From an uncultured Gemmatimonadales bacterium (GTDB lineage Bacteria > Gemmatimonadota > Gemmatimonadetes > Longimicrobiales > RSA9): 64,000 nt of DNA. A program made the position numbers and the translations under genes. Position 1 is the first letter of the stretch; every line of letters starts with the position of its first letter. This document shows, in pieces, positions 44,990 through 53,693 of the stretch. The stretch spans positions 898,560 through 962,559 of the forward strand of contig CAVUKA010000001.1 in assembly GCA_963741945.1 (NCBI GenBank), in the 5' to 3' direction. Under the pieces are notes generated by a model. That model was not told where the DNA came from, did not search any database, and was given only the letters and a program-made list of their open reading frames with translations.

Positions 44990-46021
44990 TTAATAGCCTT
45001 CAGCCACATCGACCACGTTCAGCAGGGGGCGTCCGCTGACCCAGCGGTCGACGTTCTCCCGGACCAGCCCCAGCTCACGCTCCCAGAATGCGTGGCTGTA
45101 GCCCGACGTGTGCGGTGTCACCAGGGCCCCCGGCGCGGCCCAGAGGGGGTGGTCGGGTGGCAGCGGCTCCTGCTGGAATACGTCCAGGGCGGCCCCCCGG
45201 AGGCGGCCATCCCGCAGCGCGTCCGCCAGCGCCTCCTCATCCACGATGCCTCCCCGCGATACGTTCACCAGCACGGCATCAGGGCGCATGCGCGCGATCC
45301 GGTCGGCATCCATGAGCCCGTGCGTGGCCGCGGTTTCCGGCAGCGCCAGGACCACGTAGTGGCTGCGGGCGAGGAGCGTCTCCAGGGCGTCGTCGCCCGC
45401 GAGAACATCGACCCCGTCCACTCCTTCGGACCGCCCGGGATGCCGCCGCGTGGCCACGACGTTCGCTCCGAACGCGCGTGCCCGCGTCGCCACGGCGCGC
45501 CCGATCCCGCCGAAGCCAATGATCCCCACCGTGCTCCGACCGAGCTCGCGAACCGGCGACGCCTCACGGTCGAACCAGCGCTTGTCCCAGCGCCGCTTCC
45601 GCTGGTTCGACACGGCGGTGTCCAGTCCACGGGCGAAATACAGCAGGTATCCCAGAACGGTCTCGGCCACGGGGACCGCATGGATGCCCGCGGAGTTGGT
45701 GAATACCAGGTCCCGTGCGCGCAGCTCGGGCGTGAGGGAGCCGCGCACGCCGGCCGCCGCGCTGTGGACCCAGCGCAGGGATCGACCCGCGCGGAGGAGG
45801 GCCGCGGGGATGCCGAAGCCCACGTAGACCTCGGCCCCCTCCACCGCGTTCAGCGAGGCGGCCGAAGCCCCATCGGCGCCATCGCCCCTGCCATCCGCGG
45901 GAGCGTCCACGACCACGAGCTCCCACTCCTCTGGCAGCGCGGTCCGGAGCTCCTCCACGAGAACGGGCGGCAGCGTGAAGATCGGCCGCGCGTCCGCCAG
46001 GTCGACCACGAGGCGGGGCAT
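44990..46021 (-). CDS. D-isomer-specific 2-hydroxyacid dehydrogenase family protein
   Basis: NAD-binding GIIGFGGIGRAVA, RGGIVDEEAL, and TPHTSG catalytic His region. Confidence 0.85.
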   Translation of the reverse strand: MPRLVVDLADARPIFTLPPVLVEELRTALPEEWELVVVDAPADGRGDGADGASAASLNAVEGAEVYVGFGIPAALLRAGRSLRWVHSAAAGVRGSLTPELRARDLVFTNSAGIHAVPVAETVLGYLLYFARGLDTAVSNQRKRRWDKRWFDREASPVRELGRSTVGIIGFGGIGRAVATRARAFGANVVATRRHPGRSEGVDGVDVLAGDDALETLLARSHYVVLALPETAATHGLMDADRIARMRPDAVLVNVSRGGIVDEEALADALRDGRLRGAALDVFQQEPLPPDHPLWAAPGALVTPHTSGYSHAFWERELGLVRENVDRWVSGRPLLNVVDVAEGY

Positions 46022-46701
46022 CAGCGACGCGCCACCCGCTCGACGCCCTCGATCTCCAGCAGGCGCTGCACGAGGGCGGCCGCGTTCCGGCCCGGGCCGA
46101 TGACGCGGTACTCCAGCGTGAGGTGATGCTCGCCCCGCTCAGCTTCGGACAGATGGTACTCGAAGGAGCCGGCCAGCGTCGACTCTACACGCGGCACGAC
46201 GTCCGTGCCCAGTGCGGCGGTGATCTGGACCACGTGCTCCTCCCGCCGCCGCAGCGCTGGCTCGATCTGCGCCAGCACCAGCAGCGCCACGATCACGAGT
46301 GCGGTGGCCACGACGGCATCGCCGTACGCCCCCGCGCCGACGGCCATCCCGATGGCCGCCACCACCCAGAGCGTGGCCGCCGTGGTCAGCCCTATCACGG
46401 AACCGCGCGACTGGATGATCGTCCCCGCCCCCAGGAATCCGATCCCGCTCACGATCTGGGCGGCGATCCGCCCCGGATCCGCCGTTCCCGCCGGGTTCCC
46501 CAACGCCGCCACCTCGAGGGACAGCTCGGTCACCAGCGCCGCCCCCAGGCAGATCAGGAGGTTGGTGCGAAACCCGGCTGGCTTTCCGCTCCATTCCCGC
46601 TCCAGCCCGATCATCCCGCCCAGCAGCGCGGCCAGGGCGAGGCGGCCGAAGAGTTCGGTATGGAGCCAGCCGAGGTCCGCAATTCCAGAGAGCTCCGGCA
46701 T
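46021..46701 (-). CDS. MgtC/SapB family membrane protein
   Basis: LALAALLGGMIGLEREWSGKPAGFRTNLLICLGAAL signature, with a soluble C-terminal domain. Confidence 0.8.
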   Translation of the reverse strand: MPELSGIADLGWLHTELFGRLALAALLGGMIGLEREWSGKPAGFRTNLLICLGAALVTELSLEVAALGNPAGTADPGRIAAQIVSGIGFLGAGTIIQSRGSVIGLTTAATLWVVAAIGMAVGAGAYGDAVVATALVIVALLVLAQIEPALRRREEHVVQITAALGTDVVPRVESTLAGSFEYHLSEAERGEHHLTLEYRVIGPGRNAAALVQRLLEIEGVERVARR

Positions 46702-46803
46702 CGGATCCTTTCGCGTGGCTCCAGGGTCGTGCCCGGCCGGTCACCGGGCTCGGAATATGGGGCTATGCTACCGCACCGCGCGCGCGGGGGCGAGGGGGGC
46801 GGC

Positions 46804-47511
46804 TCAGTCGTTCAGGCGCCGCAGCTCTTTCAGCAGGCTCGTCTTGTCCTTCGTCTTCGCATCCACCTTCTTGATCTCGCGCGCGGGCTGGCCCGCCACC
46901 ACGGTCATGGGCGGGACGTCCCGCGTCACCACCGCGCCGGCCGCAACCACGGACCCGCGGCCCACGGTCACCCCCTCGAGCACCACCGCGTTGGCCCCGA
47001 TCAGGACCTCGTCCTCGATCACCACCGGTTGCGCGCTCGGCGGCTCCAACACGCCGGCCAGGACCGCGCCCGCACCCACGTGACAGTCCCGACCCACCAG
47101 GGCGCGGGCGCCCACCACGCAGTTCATGTCCAGCATGGTCCCGGCGCCGACCACCGCGCCGACATTCACCACCGCCCCCATCATCCCGATCACCCGCTCG
47201 CCGATCTCCGCTCCCGCCCGGATGATGCAGCCGGGCTCGATGCGGGCGGGCACCTGTTTCAGGTCCAGCAGCGGGATGGCCGAGTTCCGGCGGTCGTTCG
47301 CCACGTGGTAGTACATGACGCTGCCGTGCTCCAGCACCTGTGCCACCGACTCCCACTCCCCTATCAGGATCGTCGTCCCCGTCCCTGCGGGAAACACCTT
47401 GACCCCGTTTCCGGGCTCCACTTCCAGCGTCCCGTCGTGGCGCACGTGCACCGTGACCGGGGTGCTCTTCTTCGCGTTCGCGATCAGGTCGCGGATCTCC
47501 TGATAGTCCAT
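46804..47511 (-). CDS. dapH: tetrahydrodipicolinate N-acetyltransferase (DapH-type)
   Basis: DRRNSAIPLLDLK, ARIEPG, and hexapeptide repeats (GAGAVLAGVLEPPSAQPVVIEDEVLIGANAVVLEGV) closely resemble Bacillus-type DapH as I recall it. Confidence 0.85.
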   Translation of the reverse strand: MDYQEIRDLIANAKKSTPVTVHVRHDGTLEVEPGNGVKVFPAGTGTTILIGEWESVAQVLEHGSVMYYHVANDRRNSAIPLLDLKQVPARIEPGCIIRAGAEIGERVIGMMGAVVNVGAVVGAGTMLDMNCVVGARALVGRDCHVGAGAVLAGVLEPPSAQPVVIEDEVLIGANAVVLEGVTVGRGSVVAAGAVVTRDVPPMTVVAGQPAREIKKVDAKTKDKTSLLKELRRLND

Positions 47512-47594
47512 GGGTTCGGCCTCGTGCTCGTGTTCGGGATCGTTGTCGGTGCCGCGCGAGCCGCGGGTGAGCCCCGCTCAGGTCCCGGCCGGAC

Positions 47595-48401
47595 TCAGCC
47601 GGTCAGTCCCAGCACGTCCGCCATCAGGTAGCGCCCCGGCTCGCGGCCGGCCAGCCAGCGGGCCGCGACCAGCGCGCCCTCGGCGAACAGCTCCCGGGTC
47701 TGCGCGGCATGGGAGAGGGCGATGCGCTCGTGTCCGCCGATGAAGTGGACCGTGTGCTCGCCGGCCACGTCGCCCCCGCGCAGCGCGTGGAATCCAATCT
47801 CACCGGTGGGTCGCGGGCCGGTCCGCCCGCTGCGCCCGTCCCGTCGCGCGTCCTCGAGATCGCCGCCCCGGCCGGCCGCCACCGCCCGCCCCAGGGCCAG
47901 CGCCGTGCCGCTGGGCGCGTCCTCCTTCCGCCGGTGGTGCGTCTCGACCACTTCCACGTCGTACGCCTCCGGGCCCAGCGCGCGCGCCGCCGTCTCCACC
48001 AGTCGCAGCAGGAGGTTCACGCCCACACTGAAATTCGCCGCCACGAGCACGGCGCCGGCGGCCGCTGCGCCGTCGAGCGCCGCTCCGGTGTCATCATCGA
48101 TGCCGGTAGTGCCCACCAGCAGGGCGCGCCCCGCCAGCGCGCCACCGTGGCGCCGGAGCAGCGTGGCCAGGTAGGCGGGGGCGGAAAAGTCGATCACGGC
48201 CGCGGCCCGCTCGATGAGCGGCCCGGCGTCATCCATGGACACGAGCGCATCGTAGCCCAGCTCGACGGAGTCGTGCTCGTCGGCGTCGGGGGCGATCCCG
48301 CCGATCCCGCGCAGGTCGTCCGCATCGCGGATGAGGGCGCCGAGCGTCCGTCCCATGCGGCCGGTCGCGCCGGAGACCACGATGTCGAGCGGCGTGCTCA
48401 C
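47595..48401 (-). CDS. dapB: 4-hydroxy-tetrahydrodipicolinate reductase
   Basis: VVSGATGRMGR N-terminal NAD motif, and EVVETHHRRKEDAPSGTA (the E-x-HH-x-K-x-DAPSGTA motif). GTGA overlap with dapA. Confidence 0.9.
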   Translation of the reverse strand: MSTPLDIVVSGATGRMGRTLGALIRDADDLRGIGGIAPDADEHDSVELGYDALVSMDDAGPLIERAAAVIDFSAPAYLATLLRRHGGALAGRALLVGTTGIDDDTGAALDGAAAAGAVLVAANFSVGVNLLLRLVETAARALGPEAYDVEVVETHHRRKEDAPSGTALALGRAVAAGRGGDLEDARRDGRSGRTGPRPTGEIGFHALRGGDVAGEHTVHFIGGHERIALSHAAQTRELFAEGALVAARWLAGREPGRYLMADVLGLTG

Positions 48402-49294
48402 GACCGCGGCTCCAGCCCCACACCTCTCGCCGCGGCCACGAGCCGGTCTCGCTCTTCCTGCGTCAGCGGCACGAGAGGGAGCCGGAGCGGCCCCACATCG
48501 AAGCCGAGCCAGCCGGTGAGCGTCTTGACGGGGATCGGGTTCGAGACGGCGAAAAGCGCTCGGATGAGCGGGAGGTAGCGCAGCTGGAGGTCGGTGGCGG
48601 TGCCCGTGTCGCCTTCCAGGTACGCGTGGACCATCCGGCTCGTGTCCGCCGGCGCCACGTTCCCCAGCACACTGATCACGCCCCGGCCGCCCAGGGACAG
48701 CACGGGCAGGACCTGGTCATCGTTCCCGCTCCACAGTGTGAGGCGATCCCGGACCAGCGCGGCAAGGTCCGCGATGAGCGACAGATCGCCCGAGGCTTCC
48801 TTGACCCCGAGCACGCGCTCGTCCTGCGCCAGCTCCGCCACCGTGGAGGGCGCGATCGGCACCGCCGTCCGCCCGGGCACGTTGTAGATGATGGCGGGCA
48901 GCTCCCCCGCGTTCATCACGGCCCGGAAATGCGCGATCAGGCCACGCTGCGGCGGCTTGTTGTACGGGGGGGCGCTGAGCAGCAGCGCGTCCGCGCCCGC
49001 CTTCCTCGCCCCTTCCGCCAGCCGCGAAACCATCGCGGTGTCGCTCCCGCCGCAGCCGGCGATCACCGGCACCTGACCCGCCACTTCTTCCGCCACCACG
49101 GCCACCGCTCGTGCCTGCTCCTCCGGCGTCATCACGGCCGCTTCACCGGTCGAGCCGCAGACGATCAGCGCGTCCGTGCCTTCGTCCATGTGGAAGCGGA
49201 CCAGCTGCCGCAGCACCGCCGCATTCACACCGCCCTCGTCGAACGGCGTGATCAGGGCCACGCCGGATCCGCTGAACAACGGTTCTCTTGCCAT
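48398..49294 (-). CDS. dapA: 4-hydroxy-tetrahydrodipicolinate synthase
   Basis: GSGVALITPF, VCGSTGEA, IIYNVPGRT. Operon with dapB. Confidence 0.9.
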   Translation of the reverse strand: MAREPLFSGSGVALITPFDEGGVNAAVLRQLVRFHMDEGTDALIVCGSTGEAAVMTPEEQARAVAVVAEEVAGQVPVIAGCGGSDTAMVSRLAEGARKAGADALLLSAPPYNKPPQRGLIAHFRAVMNAGELPAIIYNVPGRTAVPIAPSTVAELAQDERVLGVKEASGDLSLIADLAALVRDRLTLWSGNDDQVLPVLSLGGRGVISVLGNVAPADTSRMVHAYLEGDTGTATDLQLRYLPLIRALFAVSNPIPVKTLTGWLGFDVGPLRLPLVPLTQEERDRLVAAARGVGLEPRS

Positions 49295-49573
49295 TTACGG
49301 GTTGTTCAGGTCGTGGAGGTCGCCCGGCGTCGCATCGCCACCCGGGTCGTCGGTCGCCAGGTCCCGCTCCGTCATGTCCTCGAAATCCTCCTGCACCTCG
49401 TCCGGCGCCCTGGACGCATCGAAGCGGCGGAAGACCTGGTTCCCGCACTTCTCGCACGTGAGGTCCGGTGGCGGAGACTCCCCGTCCACGAACTCGTAAT
49501 CCCGCCCGCACTCCAGGCACGTCATCACCAGCACATCGTTCCGCTCCTCGCCGCCTCGTCCGCTCTCCGCCAT
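49295..49573 (-). CDS. small zinc-ribbon protein (CxxC...CxxC) with acidic tail
   Basis: ATG 49573 (MAESGRGGE). TCLECG and TCEKCG pairs. The upstream part of the track ORF is Arg/Pro-rich shadow. Confidence 0.5.
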   Translation of the reverse strand: MAESGRGGEERNDVLVMTCLECGRDYEFVDGESPPPDLTCEKCGNQVFRRFDASRAPDEVQEDFEDMTERDLATDDPGGDATPGDLHDLNNP

Positions 49574-49764
49574 GGCGCTGCTCCTTGGCTGCATTCCCGG
49601 ATCAACGCTGTCCCGAGCGCAAGATCTCTGCCGGCTTCTGTCCTGCCCTGCCACCCCGCCATATCTTCTTCGCGCCGCCGGCCCTGGCGCCTGCCCCGCG
49701 CCGTCAAGGATACCCGCACGAACCAGCGGCAGCAACGACCGGATCCCCCAACGGAGCCACGCGC

Positions 49765-50604
49765 ATGGACCCACGGGAGCTCGAGCGGGTCACCCTGGAA
49801 GCCGCCCGCAAGGCCGTCGACGTGCACGTCGCCGAAGCGGGCACGCTCGACCCGAGCGAATGGGCGGAGAAGGGCACGGCGGACTTCGTCACCCGGGTGG
49901 ACCGGGAGGCCGAGGCCCGGGTGGTGGAGCATATCCGCTCCTCCTTCCCCTCTCACGACATCCTGGCGGAGGAGTCCGCCGCGGTCGAGGATGCCGCAGC
50001 GCTCCGGGCGCGCTTCGACACGGCCGAGTGGCTGTGGATCGTGGACCCGCTGGACGGGACCACCAACTACCTCCACGACTATCCCATGTACGCCGCCTCC
50101 GTGGCCGTGGCGCACCGGGGCGACATCGTGGCCGGCGCCGTTGTCGACGGCACCACGGGCGCCGAGTGGAGCGCCCGGCTGGGGGATGGCGCCCGCCTCG
50201 ATGGCGAGCTGATCCAGGTGTCTTCCACGCAGCGCCTCGACCGCGCGCTCGTCGGCACGGGTTTCCCCTTCAAGGTGCTCCACCTCCTCCCGGCCTACCT
50301 CCGCCAGTTCAAGGCGGTCATCCGGCGCACCTCCGGCGTTCGGCGAGGCGGCTCGGCCGCGCTCGACCTGTGCCACCTGGCAACCGGCTGGCTCGACGGG
50401 TTCTGGGAGCTCTGGCTCGCCCCCTGGGACATCGCGGCGGGCACCCTCATCGTGCGCGAAGCGGGCGGGGTGGTCACGTCCGTGGACGGCGACCCGGACG
50501 TGCGCGCCGGCGGCGCGATCCTGGCCGGGAACCCGGCCATCCACCGCGAGCTCGGGCGGCTCCTGGCCACGGCAGCCGGAGCGCACGAGCCGGAAACCGG
50601 CTGA
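49765..50604 (+). CDS. inositol monophosphatase family protein (SuhB-like)
   Basis: ATG 49765 (MDPRELER). ILAEES, WIVDPLDGTTNY, and WDIAAG motifs. Confidence 0.85.
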   Translation: MDPRELERVTLEAARKAVDVHVAEAGTLDPSEWAEKGTADFVTRVDREAEARVVEHIRSSFPSHDILAEESAAVEDAAALRARFDTAEWLWIVDPLDGTTNYLHDYPMYAASVAVAHRGDIVAGAVVDGTTGAEWSARLGDGARLDGELIQVSSTQRLDRALVGTGFPFKVLHLLPAYLRQFKAVIRRTSGVRRGGSAALDLCHLATGWLDGFWELWLAPWDIAAGTLIVREAGGVVTSVDGDPDVRAGGAILAGNPAIHRELGRLLATAAGAHEPETG

Positions 50605-50712
50605 GCGGCGCCGGCCACCGCACTGGTTTGGCCCGGCGCCCGCGGCACGGCTACATTCGCCAGGCGACCAGCCGCCCCACCCCGACCCACGACAGAGACC
50701 GGAGCCGCTGCC

Positions 50713-53685
50713 ATGCCCCGAACACCGCCCCTCCCAGCGGGGGCTGCCGTCGCCATCACGCGCGCGGCCGCCCTCGTCGCCTGCGCAAGCTTCCTTCTCC
50801 CCGCGTCCTCCACCGCCCAGGCGCCGGACCGCCACGCGCGCGTCCCGGACCTCTACCGCGAGCTCGCGTTCCGCGAGATCGGCCCGGCGGTGACGGGCGG
50901 GCGCATCCACGACATCGAAGCGCTCCCGTTCGATCCGTCGACCCTGTACGTCGCGGCGGCCACGGGCGGGATCTGGAAGTCGACCAACAAGGGCACCACG
51001 TGGACCCCGATCTTCGATGATCAGCCGAACAGCACGTTCGGCGACCTCGCCATCGCCCCGTCGGACCCGAACGTGATCTGGGCGGGGACGGGCGAGCAGA
51101 ACAACCGGCAAAGCACGTCGTGGGGGAATGGCGTCTACCGGTCCACGGACGCAGGCAGGACGTGGACGCACCTGGGGCTCGCCCAGACGCGGCACATCGG
51201 CAGGATCGTCGTGCACCCCACGAACCCGGACGTGGCCTGGGTCGCCGCGCAGGGCAACCTCTGGGCGCCGGGCCCCGACCGCGGCGTCTACATGACGACC
51301 GACGGCGGGAGACACTGGCAGAAGACGCTGTTCGTGGACACGCTCACCGGCGCCACGGACCTGGCCATGGACGCCTGTGACCCGAACACCCTGTACGCGG
51401 CCACGTACCAGCGGCTACGACGCACCTGGGGGTTCAACGGGGGCGGCCCCGGGAGCGGGATCTGGAAGAGCACCGACGGCGGTCGCCAGTGGCAGCGGAT
51501 CGAGGCCGGCCTCCCGGCGGGTGATCGGGGGCGGATCGGCATCGCGGCCGCGGCCGACCTGTGCGGGATCGTGAACGCCATCGTGGAGCACCCAGTCGCC
51601 GGGGGCGTATACCGCACGGAGGACGGCGGGGCCACCTGGTCGCGGATGAGCGACCGCGACATCCGGCCCATGTACTACAGCACGATCTACATCGACCCGA
51701 CGGATGCCAACCGCGTCTACACCCTCGCCACCTACTCGGGTCGCAGCGAGGACGGGGGCCGCACGTGGACGGATGTGTCGGGCCGCATCGCCTACGACGT
51801 GGGCGTCCACAGCGATCACCACGCCATGTGGATCGACCCGCGCAACCCGGAGCACTACTACCTGGGCGGCGACGGTGGGCTTTACGAGACGTGGGACCGG
51901 GGCGCCAGCTACATCCGCATGAACAACATCCCGGTCGCGCAGGCCTACGCCATCGGCGCCGACATGCGGGACCCATACTGGCTCTACGTGGGGCTGCAGG
52001 ACAACCACTCGTGGATGGGCCCCAGCGCCACGCGCCACTGGGCCGGGATTCTCGGCGGCGACTGGCGGCAGATCGGGTTCAGCGATGGCATGTACCAGCA
52101 GGCCGACGCCAGCGGGCGCTACATCTACAGCAACAACGAGAACGGCGGCTACACGCGCGTCGACGCGTTCACGGGCGACCGCATGGACATCCGCCCGGTT
52201 CCGCCGGAGGAAGAGCCCGGGTACCGCTTCGACTGGGTGGCGCCCAGCCTCCTCTCCCGGCACGATCCGAACACGTTCTACGCGGGCGGCAACCGCCTCT
52301 TCATCTCCCACGACCGCGGCCTGACCTGGGCGCGGACGCCGGACCTCACGCGCCAGGTCGACCGGGACACCCTCACCCTCATGGGCGTACGGGGCGCCGA
52401 CATCACGATCTCGAAGAACGACGGCACGGCCAGCTATGGCGAGATCGTGACCATCGCCGAGTCGCCTCTGGAATCGCGGGTCCTCTGGGTTGGCGTCGAC
52501 GATGGCAGCCTGCTCGTCTCCCGGGATCGCGGCGACATGTGGACGCGGGTGGACCGCAACGTCCGCGGTGTGCCCGAGGGGACGTACGTCAGCCGGGTCA
52601 TCGGATCCCGGCGCGGCCCCGGCGTCGCCTACGCCACCTTCGACGCGCACCGTGATGGGAACTTCGCGCCCTACGTTTTCCGGACTTCCGACTTCGGCCG
52701 CACCTGGACGCCCCTCACTCACGGGCTGGACCCGGAAGGCTCGGTCAACGTGATCGTGGAGCACCCGGCCAACCCGGACATCCTCTTCCTCGGCACCGAG
52801 CACGCCCTCTGGGCTTCCAGCGACGCGGGTGGCTCCTGGCAGCGATTTGGCGCCAACCTTCCCACCACGGCCTATGACGACCTCCTGATCCACCCGCGGG
52901 ACGGCGACCTGATCGCCGCCACGCACGGCCGCGGAATCTGGATCCTGGACGATGCTTCGGCCGTGGCCCACGCCCCCGCGCCCGACGACGACGTCCTCTT
53001 CCCCGTCCGCGAGGCCACCATCAAGCAGTTCTGGAAGGACACATCGTATCGCGGGATGGCGGACTGGGCGGGCGGGAACCCGCCGGACGGGGCGATCCTC
53101 GACTATTTCCTGGCGCTCCCGGCAGAAAACGCTCGCCTTGTCATCACCCGCGGCGACGACACTGTTCGCGTTCTCGATGTCAGCGGCGGAGCCGGCGTGG
53201 TCCACCGCGTGGTCTGGGACCTCCGCCACGCGCCCCTGGAGCCGGGCACCCCGGCCACGTCTCCGAGCGACAACGCGGCGCTCCCGCACCCCACCGGTCC
53301 GCGCGGACCGCTCGTCTCCCCCGGCAGCTATGCGGTCACGCTCGAAGCGGACGGCCGTCGCGCTCGCCGCCCGCTCGTGGTGCGTGGCGATCCTCTCATG
53401 CCCATGCTGACCGGCGCCGACTACCGTGCCCGGGAAGCGTTTCTGCTCGGGACCATGGAGCTCCAGCGCCAGGCCGCGGCGGCCGCCGCGGCGCGCCCGG
53501 CCGGAGCCGACGGACGGGCTGATCTGGCGCGCGTCCGGCGCGAAGCCGGCGCGCTGTTCCGGGAGATGGAAGGCGGAGGCGTGCAGCCGGGCACGCTCTA
53601 CCCGCCGACGCCGGAGCAGCGGCGTCGGCTCGAATCGCTGCGCGAGCGTTTGACGGAGGCGAACGCGGGCGCCGGCTCGGTGTAG
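50713..53685 (+). CDS. secreted BNR/Asp-box repeat protein (sortilin/VPS10-like beta-propeller)
   Basis: Signal peptide. About ten SxDxGxTW-type Asp boxes (STNKGTTW, STDAGRTW, TTDGGRHW, STDGGRQW, TEDGGATW, SEDGGRTW, SHDRGLTW, TSDFGRTW, SSDAGGSW, etc.). Confidence 0.8.
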   Translation: MPRTPPLPAGAAVAITRAAALVACASFLLPASSTAQAPDRHARVPDLYRELAFREIGPAVTGGRIHDIEALPFDPSTLYVAAATGGIWKSTNKGTTWTPIFDDQPNSTFGDLAIAPSDPNVIWAGTGEQNNRQSTSWGNGVYRSTDAGRTWTHLGLAQTRHIGRIVVHPTNPDVAWVAAQGNLWAPGPDRGVYMTTDGGRHWQKTLFVDTLTGATDLAMDACDPNTLYAATYQRLRRTWGFNGGGPGSGIWKSTDGGRQWQRIEAGLPAGDRGRIGIAAAADLCGIVNAIVEHPVAGGVYRTEDGGATWSRMSDRDIRPMYYSTIYIDPTDANRVYTLATYSGRSEDGGRTWTDVSGRIAYDVGVHSDHHAMWIDPRNPEHYYLGGDGGLYETWDRGASYIRMNNIPVAQAYAIGADMRDPYWLYVGLQDNHSWMGPSATRHWAGILGGDWRQIGFSDGMYQQADASGRYIYSNNENGGYTRVDAFTGDRMDIRPVPPEEEPGYRFDWVAPSLLSRHDPNTFYAGGNRLFISHDRGLTWARTPDLTRQVDRDTLTLMGVRGADITISKNDGTASYGEIVTIAESPLESRVLWVGVDDGSLLVSRDRGDMWTRVDRNVRGVPEGTYVSRVIGSRRGPGVAYATFDAHRDGNFAPYVFRTSDFGRTWTPLTHGLDPEGSVNVIVEHPANPDILFLGTEHALWASSDAGGSWQRFGANLPTTAYDDLLIHPRDGDLIAATHGRGIWILDDASAVAHAPAPDDDVLFPVREATIKQFWKDTSYRGMADWAGGNPPDGAILDYFLALPAENARLVITRGDDTVRVLDVSGGAGVVHRVVWDLRHAPLEPGTPATSPSDNAALPHPTGPRGPLVSPGSYAVTLEADGRRARRPLVVRGDPLMPMLTGADYRAREAFLLGTMELQRQAAAAAAARPAGADGRADLARVRREAGALFREMEGGGVQPGTLYPPTPEQRRRLESLRERLTEANAGAGSV

Positions 53686-53693
53686 GAGCGAGA

